This document shows, piece after piece, positions 11,681 to 24,040 of a stretch of DNA of 64,000 bases. Under the pieces are notes generated by a model that was not told the DNA's origin, did no database searches, and saw only the letters and a program-made list of their open reading frames with translations. A program made the translations under genes and the position numbers. The DNA is taken from NCBI GenBank assembly GCA_963773065.1, contig CAVYZN010000032.1:32001-96000 (forward strand), given 5' to 3'. Numbering within the stretch: position 1 is the stretch's first letter; each line of letters starts with the position of its first letter. The stretch comes from an uncultured Gammaproteobacteria bacterium. Lineage in GTDB: Bacteria; Pseudomonadota; Gammaproteobacteria; UBA9214.

Positions 11681-12031
11681 CACTACGCATCAAGGCGGCG
11701 GCGTTCTGGCTGGCTGGGGCTGCGGCCATCGGTCTGGCGGCGACCCTGTTGTTCTGGTGGTTGCCTGCCACCGCCGCGGAGGCCGGGAGCCGCCGGGACG
11801 GCGCTGTCCGAGAGCGCCCTGCAGTGGGGGTTCATCGCGGCGGCGCTGGCGACCGGGCTCTCCTCGCTCGGCGCCGGCTTCGCCGTGGCCAGCGTCGGCA
11901 GCGCGGCGATCGGCGCCATGGCCGAGAAGCCCGAACTGCTGGGGCGCGCCCTGATCATGGTGGGGCTGGCCGAGGGCATCGCCATCTATGGCCTCATCAT
12001 CTCGATCCTGATCCTGAACCGGATACTCTAG
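11677..12031 (+). CDS. V/A-type ATPase proteolipid subunit K (c); +1 frameshift near 11785
   Basis: Second frame reads ALQWGFIAAALATGLSSLGAGFAVASVGSAAIGAMAEKPELLGRALIMVGLAEGIAIYGLIISILILNRIL*. Confidence 0.88.
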
Positions 12032-12043
12032 TCAGGGTCGAGC

Positions 12044-12340
12044 ATGTCCCTGCCCGTCTACATCGGTGATGAAGTCAGCGCCGCCGGCTATCGCCTGGCG
12101 GGGCTGGAGGTCCATGTGCCGCGCCGGGACGAACTCCTGGCGCTGATCCGCTCCGCCTGCGAGCGGGCCCCGCTGGTGCTGATCGGCGCCGCGACCGCGC
12201 GGGATATCGCCCAGGCGGAGCTCGACCGGCTGCTTGCCGCCGTCACCCCGCCGGTGGTCATCGTCCCGGATGTGCGCGACCGCGTGGCGCTGCCGGACCT
12301 GGCGACGCGCCTGCGCCGGCAACTCGGCGTGCTGGAATGA
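12044..12340 (+). CDS. V/A-type ATPase subunit F
   Basis: YIGDEVSAAGYRLAG motif, 98 aa. Confidence 0.88.
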   Translation: MSLPVYIGDEVSAAGYRLAGLEVHVPRRDELLALIRSACERAPLVLIGAATARDIAQAELDRLLAAVTPPVVIVPDVRDRVALPDLATRLRRQLGVLE

Positions 12341-12972
12341 GTTCGCCCGGGAATGCAGTCGAGGCGCAGGTGCGGCAGTTGCTGCAGGTCGTCGCGCGAC
12401 ATCGCGACGCGCGCTGCGACGAGCTGCTGGGGCAGGCCCGGCGCGAGGCCGGGCAGGTGATCCGCCAGGCCCATGCCGAGGCGCGCTCGCGCCTGCACCA
12501 GAGTGTCCAGGATATCAGGGAAGAGCGGCGGCAGCGTTTCGCCGCGGCCGAGGCGCAACGGCAGACGCACCGGCGGCGCCGGCGCCAGGCGGCGGATCTG
12601 TTGCTGCTGGCTGCGGCTTGGCAGCCCTTGCGCCAGGCGTTGCTGGCGCGTTGGACGCAGGAGGCGGTGCGCCGGCGATGGGTCGAGTTCCTGGTGCGCC
12701 AGGCGAGCGCCATTCTGGTCGCGACCGATTGGCGGATCGAGCACCCCCGCGACTGGCCGGAGCAGGAACGCGCGGCGCTGCAGGAAGAGCTTGCCGGGCG
12801 GCTTGGCCGGCGCCCGGATTTTATCCCGCGGGAAGCAATCCCCGCCGGCTTGCGCATCTGCGCCGATGGCGCCTGCGTGGATGCCACGATCGAGGGCCTG
12901 CTGCGCGCCCAGACCCGCATCGAGTCTCTGCTGCTGGCCAGGTTCAATGCCGGCGTTGCGGTTGACGTCTGA
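12337..12972 (+). CDS. V/A-type ATPase subunit E
   Basis: N-terminal coiled coil, C-terminal I.AGLRI...A.VDAT..GLL; operon position. Confidence 0.75.
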   Translation: MSSPGNAVEAQVRQLLQVVARHRDARCDELLGQARREAGQVIRQAHAEARSRLHQSVQDIREERRQRFAAAEAQRQTHRRRRRQAADLLLLAAAWQPLRQALLARWTQEAVRRRWVEFLVRQASAILVATDWRIEHPRDWPEQERAALQEELAGRLGRRPDFIPREAIPAGLRICADGACVDATIEGLLRAQTRIESLLLARFNAGVAVDV

Positions 12973-12993
12973 ACGCGGCAATCGATTTCACCG

Positions 12994-14737
<1,744 letters not shown>

Positions 14738-14748
<11 letters not shown>

Positions 14749-16126
14749 TGTCTATGCCAGCGGCGCCGCCACCCGCATCGAGGGGCCGCTGCTGTTTCTC
14801 AAACGCACGGTCAACGCCGGCCTGAACGAGGCCGTCGAGATCGAGGATGCCGAGGGCCGGGTGCGCCTGGGACGCATCGCGGCTCTCGATTACGACACCC
14901 TGACCGTTGAGGTGCTGGAATCCACCGCCGGGCTGAGCCTCGCCGAGACGCGCGTGCGCTTTCCGGGCGAACCGCTGCACTTTGCCGTGGGCCCGGACAT
15001 CCTGGGCCGCGTGTTCGACGGCGTGGGACGGGTGATCGACGGGGGGCCGCCCGTTTCGGCGCAGCGGAACCTGCGCATCGACGGGCTGGCGATCAACCCC
15101 GCCGAGCGTGCCATGCCCACCGCCTTCATCGAGACAGGCATCTCGGCGATTGATCTCCTGAACAGCCTGGTGCGCGGCCAGAAGCTGCCGATCTTCTCCG
15201 GCGCCGGCCTGCCGCACGATCGCCTGGCGATCGAGATCGCCCGTTATGCCCGCCTGCGCGGCCAGGCTGCGGGCGATTTCGTGGTGGTGTTTGCCGCCAT
15301 CGGCGTGCCCTATGACACCGCCGAGCGCTTCCGCGCCGCCATGGAGAACAGCGGCGCGCTCGAGCATACCGTGCTGTTTCTCAACCTGGCCTCGGACTCC
15401 AGTACGCAGCGCCTGCTCTGCCCGCGCTTTGCCCTGACCGCAGCGGAATACCTCGCCTTCGTGGCAGGCAAGCACGTCCTGGTCGTGATGACCGACATGA
15501 CCAATTACTGCGAGGCGCTGCGCGAGGTCTCCGCGAGTCATGGCGAGGTGCCGAGCCGCAAGGGTTTCCCGGGCTATCTCTATTCCGACCTCGCCACGCT
15601 GTATGAACGGGCCGGCAGCCTCAAGGGCGCGCCGGGCTCGCTCACCCAAGTGCCGATCCTCACCATGCCCGCGGACGACATCACCCATCCGATACCCGAC
15701 CTGACCGGCTACATCACCGAAGGCCAGATCGTGCTCGACCGGGAACTCGACCGCGCCGACATCTTCCCCCCTATCAAGGTGCTGCCCTCGCTCTCGCGCC
15801 TGATGAAGGACGGCACCGGCAAGGGCTATACCCATGAGGACCACCCGACGCTCGCCAATCAGCTCTATGCCGCCTACGCGCGCGCCGTGCACATGCGCGT
15901 GCTGGCGAGCGTGGTCGGCCGCGACGGCCTGTCGGCCAACGACCGGCAGTTCCTCGATTTCGGCGAGCGCTTCGAGCGGGAGCTGGTGCAGCAACAGGGG
16001 TCGAGAACCCTCGAACAAAGCATGGCGATCGGCTGGCAGTTGCTGCGCACCCTGCCCAAGACGGAACTGCACCGTCTCAGCGACCGGCAGATCGCGCAAT
16101 ATATCGAGACGGAAGCGCCGGCATGA
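14738..16126 (+). CDS. V/A-type ATPase subunit B
   Basis: RGQKLPIFSG, TDMTNYCEALRE, HPIPDLTGYITEGQ, PSLSRLM. Confidence 0.96.
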
Positions 16127-16758
16127 CGGCAATGGAACAGACACCGACGCGCGCCGCCCTTCTGGCGCTCCGGGAGGAGCGGGTGGTGTTCGGTGAAGCC
16201 TACGATTTCCTCGATGAGAAGCGGCTGTTGCTCGCCGCGGAACTGCTGCGCCAGCTCGAGGCGTACGAGCGCCTGAGCGTCCGGCTTGAGACGCTCGCGC
16301 GCAGCGCCGGCCAGCATCTTGCCGCCGCCGTCGGCCACCATGGATTGCAGGGCCTGAGCGTCTATCCTGCCACGGCGATCGAGGGTGCGGGTATCGCGAT
16401 GACGCGGAGCAATTTCATGGGCGTGACCCTGGTGGAAACGCAACTGGAGGCGCCGCCAGCGGAACCGGCGGGGCGGCGCGCGGCCGCCAACCCGTCACCG
16501 GAAGCCGAGCGCTGCCGGGCGGACTTCGCGGACCTGCTGCGGCAGAGCGCCCTGCTCGCCGGTGTCTCCGGCAACCTCTACCGCCTGCTGGTCGAGTACC
16601 GGCTGACGGAGCGGCGCGCCCGCGCGCTCGAAAACGTGATTCTCCCCGAGATCGAGCAGGCGCTTAACGTGATGGGCACGCACCTGGAGGAACTGGACTT
16701 CGAGGATGCCGTGCGGGTGCGCCTGCAGGCGCGGCGCGGGCATCCGGCGGACGGATAA
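16123..16758 (+). CDS. V/A-type ATPase subunit D
   Basis: PTR..LL.L..LDEKR..; TERRARALENVILP. Confidence 0.9.
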   Translation: MTAMEQTPTRAALLALREERVVFGEAYDFLDEKRLLLAAELLRQLEAYERLSVRLETLARSAGQHLAAAVGHHGLQGLSVYPATAIEGAGIAMTRSNFMGVTLVETQLEAPPAEPAGRRAAANPSPEAERCRADFADLLRQSALLAGVSGNLYRLLVEYRLTERRARALENVILPEIEQALNVMGTHLEELDFEDAVRVRLQARRGHPADG

Positions 16759-16853
16759 AACGGCCCGCCTGCGCAGGTAGTTTCGGCAGGGTGATTGAAT
16801 CAGACAGGTGTTTTTCTCAATGATGCAGGGATTAATACGCACAGGAGGTGCAC

Positions 16854-17312
16854 ATGAAAAAGCGGGTTGGCATTACCTTGGGTCTTCTCCTCAGCGTGCC
16901 GGCCGCCGCCGGCGGTGTCTATAAATGGATGGATGAACTTGGTCAGGTGCATTTCGGCGACCGGCCGCCGGCCGGTGCGCAGGCGGAGAATGCGCAGGTA
17001 ATCCCCGCAACCGGTGGCGAGCCGGCGGCCGACGGCGGCTTGAGATCCGGAGAGCGCGCGCGGCTGAGCGGGATCGAAAAGCAGGAAAGAATGAAAGCAA
17101 CAGAAAAAAGGCGCCAGGACAAGCGGGCGGCGGCCGAGGCAGATCGGCGGGAACATCGGGCCGAGCAGGATGCAGGAAGCTGCGCGAGCTATAAACAGAA
17201 GATCCGGGATTATGAACGCCGGCTGCGGGCCGGCTGTCGTGTATCACGGTGTAATTCCTACAACGAATCACTCATCCGGTATAAAGGCAAGGCCGCACTC
17301 GTTTGTCATTAG
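16854..17312 (+). CDS. Exported DUF4124-domain protein
   Basis: Signal peptide then VYKWMDELGQVHFGDRPP. Confidence 0.8.
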   Translation: MKKRVGITLGLLLSVPAAAGGVYKWMDELGQVHFGDRPPAGAQAENAQVIPATGGEPAADGGLRSGERARLSGIEKQERMKATEKRRQDKRAAAEADRREHRAEQDAGSCASYKQKIRDYERRLRAGCRVSRCNSYNESLIRYKGKAALVCH

Positions 17313-17518
17313 GCAACCCGAACCATTCGGTTACCAAGGCAAACGCCAACCTTGCCTCATCGGTGTAGTCGTCTCATGCCGGGTAAACCCTTGCGTGACA
17401 CGCGGTGAATACGTCCCTGTACGCTCGCCGGCCGCAGTCGCTCCGGGCATCTTCGGTAACTGTTCCCCGGCCGACGGTCACTACAGGACTTACCCGGCAT
17501 GAGCCTTCGTTAACGTAG

Positions 17519-18088
17519 TTATTGATATTTCATCTTGATGATGCCACAGGCGGCCCTTGCCCCGCCGGCACACCCCTTGACGTCGCCCTCGGGACAATAG
17601 GTATCGGGATCCGTGTGTATGATGATCGCGCTGCCGTCCGCGTCGAACAGACTCAACGGGCCGGGAGACAGGGTCACTCGGGTGGTGCTGGTATGCAGGA
17701 CTCCCGCTCCTCCCGCATTAACCTCGAGATTGACCAGGTCACCGGAATGGAAGGGGTGATTGCCGTCGGGCGCAGTGAACCCATGGGGACCGGGGTCAAA
17801 ATGCCCCTTGGCCTCACCGCAGGGCGTGCAGTTGCCGGTCTCGTGGATATGGACCGCATGCTTGCCGGGTTTCAGTCCTCTGACCCGGATGGTTACATCC
17901 ACCAGCTTTATGCCCTCATCGGAAGGTCTCTCGATGAGATCCGCGGACCCCGAAACCGCCGCATCATCACAGCCCGTGATATCGGCGATCGCATGGGCGG
18001 GGCCGGCTGCCGCCGCACCCGTTCCCAGGCTCGCTGCCGCCATACCGCAGAGTATCATTGCTATGGCTTGTTTCGTTTTCTTATGCAT
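17519..18088 (-). CDS. sodC: Periplasmic Cu/Zn superoxide dismutase
   Basis: GKHAVHIHE.G.C, GHFDP, HSGDL.NL, IIIH..PD, GARAACG. Confidence 0.9.
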   Translation of the reverse strand: MHKKTKQAIAMILCGMAAASLGTGAAAAGPAHAIADITGCDDAAVSGSADLIERPSDEGIKLVDVTIRVRGLKPGKHAVHIHETGNCTPCGEAKGHFDPGPHGFTAPDGNHPFHSGDLVNLEVNAGGAGVLHTSTTRVTLSPGPLSLFDADGSAIIIHTDPDTYCPEGDVKGCAGGARAACGIIKMKYQ

Positions 18089-18216
18089 GATCCGCCTCCT
18101 CTGGCGACTGAATGGATCGGCCGGATGAGCTAATTCACCGGACCTGGATTAAAGCATGGCATAGGGTTTCCAGGAAACAAGGTGTTCCGATACGCGCCGC
18201 TTGCATGGCGCGCGGA

Positions 18217-19317
18217 TCACTCGAGCGGCAGGTGACGCTGCGTGCCCGTCAGGGCGCGCAGAAAGGCGACGAGGTCGCTACGTTCGGCATCGCTCAGCCC
18301 GAGCGGTTTAAGCAGCGGGCTTTTGTGCGGATCATCGCCGCCGCCCCGGTTGTAGAACGCGACCACGTCGGCAAGCGTCGCCAGCGCACCGTTGTGCATA
18401 TAGGGCGGGGAGTTCTCGATGTTACGCAGTCCCATGGTGCGGAACTTGCCCCGGTCGGCCGGGTCTTTGCTCACCAGCTCGCGGCCCGGATCCCGGGTGA
18501 GTTGCGCCCAATCCGGCAATCCCATGCGCTGCGCATCGAAGCGGATCGCGGCCAGGATCTTCGGATTATCGACTATCGGCTGGTCCGGGACGGCGAGATC
18601 GTGGAACTGGTTGTCGGTGAGGTTGGGACCCCGATGGCACTGGATGCATTGCGCCTTGCCGAGGAACAGGGTGAGACCGCGTTGCTGCGCCGCGTCGAGC
18701 GCCGCCGGGTCGCCATCCATGTAGCGGTCGAGCGGACTGTCATCGAACACCAGCGTGCGCTCGAAGCTGGCGAGGGCGGCGGCGATCCGAGCGGCATCGA
18801 TGCCGGCGTCACCGTAGGCCTTGCGGAACGCCTCCGGGTAGTCGCCATCCGCCTTTAATTGCTCCACCAGCAGATCGACGTCGTTGTTCATGTGCAGGAT
18901 GTTCTTGACCGGGCCGAGCGCCTGCTTGTCGAGGTCAGGCGCGCGCCCGTCCCAGATCAGCGGCTGGTTATACGCCACGTTGATGAGCGCGGGTGAATTG
19001 CGGCGTTCCTGCTGGCTGGGATAGGCCGGTCCAAGCGCCTGGGGCGTTGCATAGCCATGGTCCGGCAGGTGGCAGGTCTGACACGAGAGGCTGCCGTCGC
19101 CCGACAGCCGGGTATCGGTGAAGAGCTTCTTGCCGAGCGCCACCTTGGCCGCGCTGAGCGGGTTGCCCGGCGGCACGGGAACCGGACCCAAATGGCCAAT
19201 GGCGGCCTTGACCTGCTCCGGCGTGGGCACCGGCTCGACGGCCTGCGCCTTCCCGCCGAGCAGCAGTGTCAGCAGCACGACCCCGCCGGCGATGACTGGC
19301 TTCGAAGACATCATCAT
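18217..19317 (-). CDS. Diheme cytochrome c peroxidase/MauG family protein
   Basis: Signal peptide; CQTCH and CIQCH; RNSP..WDGR; LRNI..PYMHNG. Confidence 0.87.
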   Translation of the reverse strand: MMMSSKPVIAGGVVLLTLLLGGKAQAVEPVPTPEQVKAAIGHLGPVPVPPGNPLSAAKVALGKKLFTDTRLSGDGSLSCQTCHLPDHGYATPQALGPAYPSQQERRNSPALINVAYNQPLIWDGRAPDLDKQALGPVKNILHMNNDVDLLVEQLKADGDYPEAFRKAYGDAGIDAARIAAALASFERTLVFDDSPLDRYMDGDPAALDAAQQRGLTLFLGKAQCIQCHRGPNLTDNQFHDLAVPDQPIVDNPKILAAIRFDAQRMGLPDWAQLTRDPGRELVSKDPADRGKFRTMGLRNIENSPPYMHNGALATLADVVAFYNRGGGDDPHKSPLLKPLGLSDAERSDLVAFLRALTGTQRHLPLE

Positions 19318-19555
19318 TGGGCATCTCCCGAGAAGTGATTGCAGGATATCCTGCGGGTCATCCCTGTTTCCGCGACCCGGTCCGTTGTTCCTGTGCCCCT
19401 ATAAGTGTAGCCGGTCGTAAGAGGGTGCGCGTGTGCTTTCCGCCTGACATACCCGTCTAAGCAGCGGGCCGATCGCAGGGAGGCATGATAAAGAGCACCG
19501 CTTAACGCCAGCCAACTTGTGATGCTGAATGTCCACTCGATGGAGGGTGTTTCGG

Positions 19556-19626
19556 TGGCCTGTTTGGATTCGAACCTGTGACCCCTGCCTTCGGAGGGCA
19601 GTACTCTATCAACGAGCTACGGGCGC
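19556..19626 (-). tRNA. tRNA-Arg(CCG), degenerate or miscalled
   Basis: GCGCCCGTAGCTC..GATAGAGTA-CTGCC-CTCCGAA-GGCAG-GGGTCACAGGTTCGAATCC; D-loop and 3' acceptor strand damaged. Confidence 0.65.
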
Positions 19627-19824
19627 TGATGTTGCTGCTACCGTCCCTGGCGATGCTGCGGCAGGTTATTTAAACCCGGCCTTGCCTTCCCTGGCAAGGC
19701 GCTCGCCGAGGAAATTGTTCACGGGATCAATTTCATATTCCAACTGAGCTACGGGCGCTGATTGTTACTGCTGCCGTCCCTGGCGATGCGACGGCGGTTT
19801 TTTAAACCCCGGCCTTGCCTTCGC
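19614..19824. repeat. Imperfect ~80 bp direct repeat (19614-19690 and 19746-19824) covering the tRNA 5' end and upstream DNA
   Basis: GAGCTACGGGCGCTGAT..CCGTCCCTGGCGATGC..TAAACCCGGCCTTGCCTTC occurs twice. Confidence 0.85.
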
Positions 19825-20050
19825 CTGATGGTGCGGGTGCACAGGATAACGCTATCCATGAGGCAGGTCCATGACTGAAGAAGACTGATATTTCAGTCGT
19901 TCCCGTTAATTACCCGTACCGGGTGTTTGCAGTATAATTCCCGCCCATTCATTATTATGACGGGCAACCGACTGGCTGTCGGATTGAACAGGGGTCCAGT
20001 CAGTCGCCGGCTGCGAAATTCACGGGCATCGGCCTAATCAGGAGAAGACA

Positions 20051-20521
20051 TTGAGTCACGATAAACAGTTTTTTACAACCTTCGCCGCGGTATTGATCGG
20101 TCTGGGCGTGCTGGCGGTTATCCTGTACTTCATCGCCGGCTACCTGACCAGCGACGTGTCCAACGAGCCTAAAGAAGTCATGCTGGAAAACATCAAGCCT
20201 GTCGGCCAGGTTAATATCGCCGGCCAGCCCGGTACGCAAGAGGCCGCAGCGGCTGAACCGGCTGCCGCGGCCGCCGCGCCGAAGTCCGGTGAACAGGTTT
20301 ACCAGACCAACTGCATTGCCTGTCATGGAACCGGAGCGGCTGGCGCGCCCAAGATGGGCGATGCCGCCGCCTGGGCGCCGCGTATCGCGAAGGGTATTGA
20401 TGCCCTGCTGAAGAGCGCGACCAACGGTCTGAAAGCCATGCCGCCGAAAGGACTGTGCATGGCCTGCTCGGAGGATGAGCTGAAAGGCGCGATCCAGTAC
20501 ATGGTGAGCAAGAGCCAGTAG
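20051..20521 (+). CDS. Cytochrome c5
   Basis: N-terminal TM helix, IKPVGQV, CIACH, GAP..WAPR, MPPKG.CMAC. Confidence 0.9.
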   Translation: MSHDKQFFTTFAAVLIGLGVLAVILYFIAGYLTSDVSNEPKEVMLENIKPVGQVNIAGQPGTQEAAAAEPAAAAAAPKSGEQVYQTNCIACHGTGAAGAPKMGDAAAWAPRIAKGIDALLKSATNGLKAMPPKGLCMACSEDELKGAIQYMVSKSQ

Positions 20522-20587
20522 GGCCGGTTTGACGAAACCCGAAATGGGCTGCAGCGCAGGGCGGCGCGGGGGCGATGATACGTCCCG

Positions 20588-23578
20588 TCAGGAGGCGATG
20601 CGTGCCCTGCCGTCCTGGAAATTGTATTCCCTGAGCAGCATCCCGGCCTCATCGTGCGGTACGGGCGGGCTGATCAGGAAACCCTGGATTTCGTCGCAGC
20701 GCAGATTGCGCAGAAAAGCGAGCTGCGCCTCCGTCTCGACCCCTTCCGCGACCACCCTGAGTTCCATATCATGCGCCATGGCGATGATGGCCTTGATGAT
20801 GCCCGCGTCGTCCGAATCGGTCGTGATGTCGCGGATGAATGACCGGTCAATTTTTACGCCGCTGATCGGGAAGCGTTTGAGGTGATTGAGCGAACAGTAG
20901 CCGGTGCCGAAATCATCGATGGAGATTTTCATGCCCGCCTTGTGCAGGACGCGCGAGGCGGCGGAGGCCGCTTCGATATCATCCATGATCGTGCTCTCGG
21001 TTATCTCCAGCTCGAGATGCCGCGGCGCGACGCCCGTCTCGTCGAGTATCGTGCTGATTTGCAGCAGCAGATCCTTCTGGCGGAATTGGTCGGCGGAGAG
21101 ATTGACGGCGATGGCGATGTCGGTGGACCCGCTTTGCTGCCATGCGCCGAGCTGTCGACACGCCGTGCGCAGGATCCACTCGCCGATGGAAGCGATGAGG
21201 CCGGTGCTCTCCGCCACCGGAAGGAATCGCGCCGGAGGTATCATGCCCAGTTCGGGGTGGCGCCAGCGCAGCAGCGCCTCCATGCAGATGATCCTGCCGG
21301 ATTCCAGGTCGATCTTGGGCTGGTAATGCAGCTCAAGTTCATTCCTCGCGGTGGCATGCCGCAAATCGTTTTCAAGCGTGAAATTCTCGACCGATGACCT
21401 GCTCAGGTCTTCGTTGTAGAACAGGTAGCAGTTATGTCCCCGGCACTTGGCGTAATAAAGTGCGATGGCGGCGCTCTTCAGCAATGAATCCGCATCGCCG
21501 CCGTCTCCGGGATACAGGCTGATGCCGGCGCTGCAGGTCAGGTTGATCTCATGTGCACCGATATTGATCCCCCTGGTCAGCGACTCGATGATGCGAGTCA
21601 CGATCTGGGCCGTGAATTCCGTGTATTCCATGCCGGTCAGCAGGATGCCGAATTCATCGCCACCGAGCCGGTAAATCGAAGTCTCGGGTTCGTCGCCGCC
21701 AAAACGTATGACGGTGTCCGTGCTGCGTAATGAATCCACCAGGCGGCGGCCGACTTCCCTGAGCAGCTCATCGCCGACGGAAAACCCGAGTGCATTGTTG
21801 ATGCGCCTGAACATGTCGAGGTCCAGCATCACCAGGGAGAAATATAACTGGTCCTCCCGGCAGGACTCGATGGCCTCGACTATCCGGTTGTGAAACAGCC
21901 TGCGGTCGGGCAGGCCGGTCAGGCTGTCGTGTCCCGGCCGGGATTCCCCGGTATCCGCTTGGTGGTCAGCGGCGCTGACCGGGGGGTGGCTGGCAGGTTC
22001 GAAGCTATCCGCGGGCACATCCCGCCGGGTGGTGTCGAGGGTCGCACCGGGCACGAAGGTCGCCGGAACTATCGGCATGCCGTTACCGGTTTCGCTATCC
22101 CATACGGATACGCGGTTGCGCCCGGTGTGCTTGGAGTGGTAGAGCGCCTGGTCTGCCCGGTCGATGAACTGGGCAAAATCCACAACCTCCCGGTCCATGG
22201 CGGTGATGCCGAAACTGGCCGTGATGCTGAGAAACGAGTTGGCGGACAGGCCGGAGAGATTCATCGAGGCGATATTTTCACGTGCGCGCAGCGCCGTGGC
22301 GACCGCCTGATCGAGATTCATGCCCGGCAGCACCATGCAGAACTCCTCCCCCCCGTAGCGGCAGACGGTGTCGGCTGAACGCAGCGACTCGCGCAGGCAT
22401 TGCGCGACCATCCTGATGACCTCGTCACCCATGGCATGGCCGTAGCGGTCATTGATCGTCTTGAAGTGGTCGATGTCCACCATGATGCAGGCAAGCCGCT
22501 GTCCATTGCGCTGCGCGGTTGCGAAGACGGTTTCATACTTATCGAAAAACGAGCGGCGATTGAGGCAGTCCGTCAATGGGTCACGCGTGGCAAGGATCAG
22601 CAGTTCACTGTTCTGGCGGCGTATCTCGTCGCGAGATTTCTTGAGCATGTCAAGCATGTCTTCCAGTTGATCGTTTTTTTCTTCCAGCCGGGTGACGTCA
22701 TCAAAGGTGGCCATGACGCCACGGCATTGCCCGCCATCCTTGACGGGGGCGGTGTTGACCATGAAGGTCCGTGTGTGCCCCGAAGGGCATCTCAGCCGCA
22801 GTTGCCTGCCGGTCTGTGTCACGCCGAGCCGCAGCGCGGCATCCCATGGGAACTCGTCTTCGAAGGTCCTGCCGAATTCCCACTTGAGGTCTGAAGCCCT
22901 TCTCCCGAGTAATGCCCCCGGCTTTTTGCCCACGATGCCCGCAAACGCGGCATTGGCGAGGATGATGCGGCCCTGCTCATCGAGCAGGAGTACCCCCTCG
23001 GCAAGCGCATCCAGGGCCGACTTGACCTGGTAGGGCACGCCCGCTGGGGACGCGATCCGTTGGTATCGGATTCCGCTGACCAGCAGGAAACCACTAAGCG
23101 GGAAAACAATGAGCAGTGCGATCACGCCCACCAGCGGGTTGTCGTGGAAACCGGCCGTACCCGGATTGCGCGCCGGGGAAAATCGCACGTCAACCGTTCC
23201 CCACAAGATGCCGTCACGGTACACCGGGGCCTGCAGGTGTGCCGGTAAGGACGGCCTGGCGGAGCGGTTCTTGCGCAGGAGCACGTTGTTTTCGGCACTC
23301 GCCAGCAGCTTTCCGTCGGCGCCGCGCAGGGCGATGGACTGTATTCCGGCGTTTTGTTCTACCAGCAGGCGCATACTTTCCTCGATGCCGGACAGATCCC
23401 CATGCTTCACGGCGGCGGCACACTGGAGCGCCAGTGAGTCGGTAAGGATCCTGTGTTCCGCATCGATTGCCCTGGCTTGATCGGGAATTACCCCGCTCAG
23501 GCTGCCGAGGACCAGCAGACCCGGCAGGGTGAGCAACAGCCCCAGCACGATGCGCACCATCGGTGAGATATTGATCAT
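20588..23578 (-). CDS. Membrane sensor PAS-GGDEF-GGDEF-EAL protein
   Basis: Two TM segments, PAS, GGEEF with RSAD I-site, second GGDEF, EALLRW/DDFGTG/AEGVE/QG; start uncertain (23578 or 23602). Confidence 0.88.
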   Translation of the reverse strand: MINISPMVRIVLGLLLTLPGLLVLGSLSGVIPDQARAIDAEHRILTDSLALQCAAAVKHGDLSGIEESMRLLVEQNAGIQSIALRGADGKLLASAENNVLLRKNRSARPSLPAHLQAPVYRDGILWGTVDVRFSPARNPGTAGFHDNPLVGVIALLIVFPLSGFLLVSGIRYQRIASPAGVPYQVKSALDALAEGVLLLDEQGRIILANAAFAGIVGKKPGALLGRRASDLKWEFGRTFEDEFPWDAALRLGVTQTGRQLRLRCPSGHTRTFMVNTAPVKDGGQCRGVMATFDDVTRLEEKNDQLEDMLDMLKKSRDEIRRQNSELLILATRDPLTDCLNRRSFFDKYETVFATAQRNGQRLACIMVDIDHFKTINDRYGHAMGDEVIRMVAQCLRESLRSADTVCRYGGEEFCMVLPGMNLDQAVATALRARENIASMNLSGLSANSFLSITASFGITAMDREVVDFAQFIDRADQALYHSKHTGRNRVSVWDSETGNGMPIVPATFVPGATLDTTRRDVPADSFEPASHPPVSAADHQADTGESRPGHDSLTGLPDRRLFHNRIVEAIESCREDQLYFSLVMLDLDMFRRINNALGFSVGDELLREVGRRLVDSLRSTDTVIRFGGDEPETSIYRLGGDEFGILLTGMEYTEFTAQIVTRIIESLTRGINIGAHEINLTCSAGISLYPGDGGDADSLLKSAAIALYYAKCRGHNCYLFYNEDLSRSSVENFTLENDLRHATARNELELHYQPKIDLESGRIICMEALLRWRHPELGMIPPARFLPVAESTGLIASIGEWILRTACRQLGAWQQSGSTDIAIAVNLSADQFRQKDLLLQISTILDETGVAPRHLELEITESTIMDDIEAASAASRVLHKAGMKISIDDFGTGYCSLNHLKRFPISGVKIDRSFIRDITTDSDDAGIIKAIIAMAHDMELRVVAEGVETEAQLAFLRNLRCDEIQGFLISPPVPHDEAGMLLREYNFQDGRARIAS

Positions 23579-24040
23579 CTGCCCCGCGCCATTGCCTTCC
23601 ATGAACACGCGGCCGGTGGCCTTGCCGACTTCCCCGCCCGCGCCCAGCCGCCATTGCGAATTCTCGCGACGGGTGACCCTAGGTCTGTGAGGGCAGCGCC
23701 TGGTGTATGATCGTGTTTCCCATAACTGACTGAAAGTGAATGTTTTAGGATAACGGCCGGCCCGGATGCACGAATCATGCTGCTGTCTCGAGACGTCGTT
23801 CGGGCTAGGGCGCGGGTTATCCGGTGATTCTTTCTGGTATCGGCAGGAAGCGCTGATACCCAAGGCTATTTCTGGATGTCCGGGCATGTCCGGCAGCGTG
23901 CCGGCGCGCACGAACAGCGGTACCGGCCGGCCCCGTACCGAAGCTGAAGTATCGGGCGCTGACAGCGATAGCCTGCCGGTAGCGTTTACACCGGGTGCGT
24001 TCCCATGTTTACGTCCGATTTAGGCTAGACTTATCTGGCA

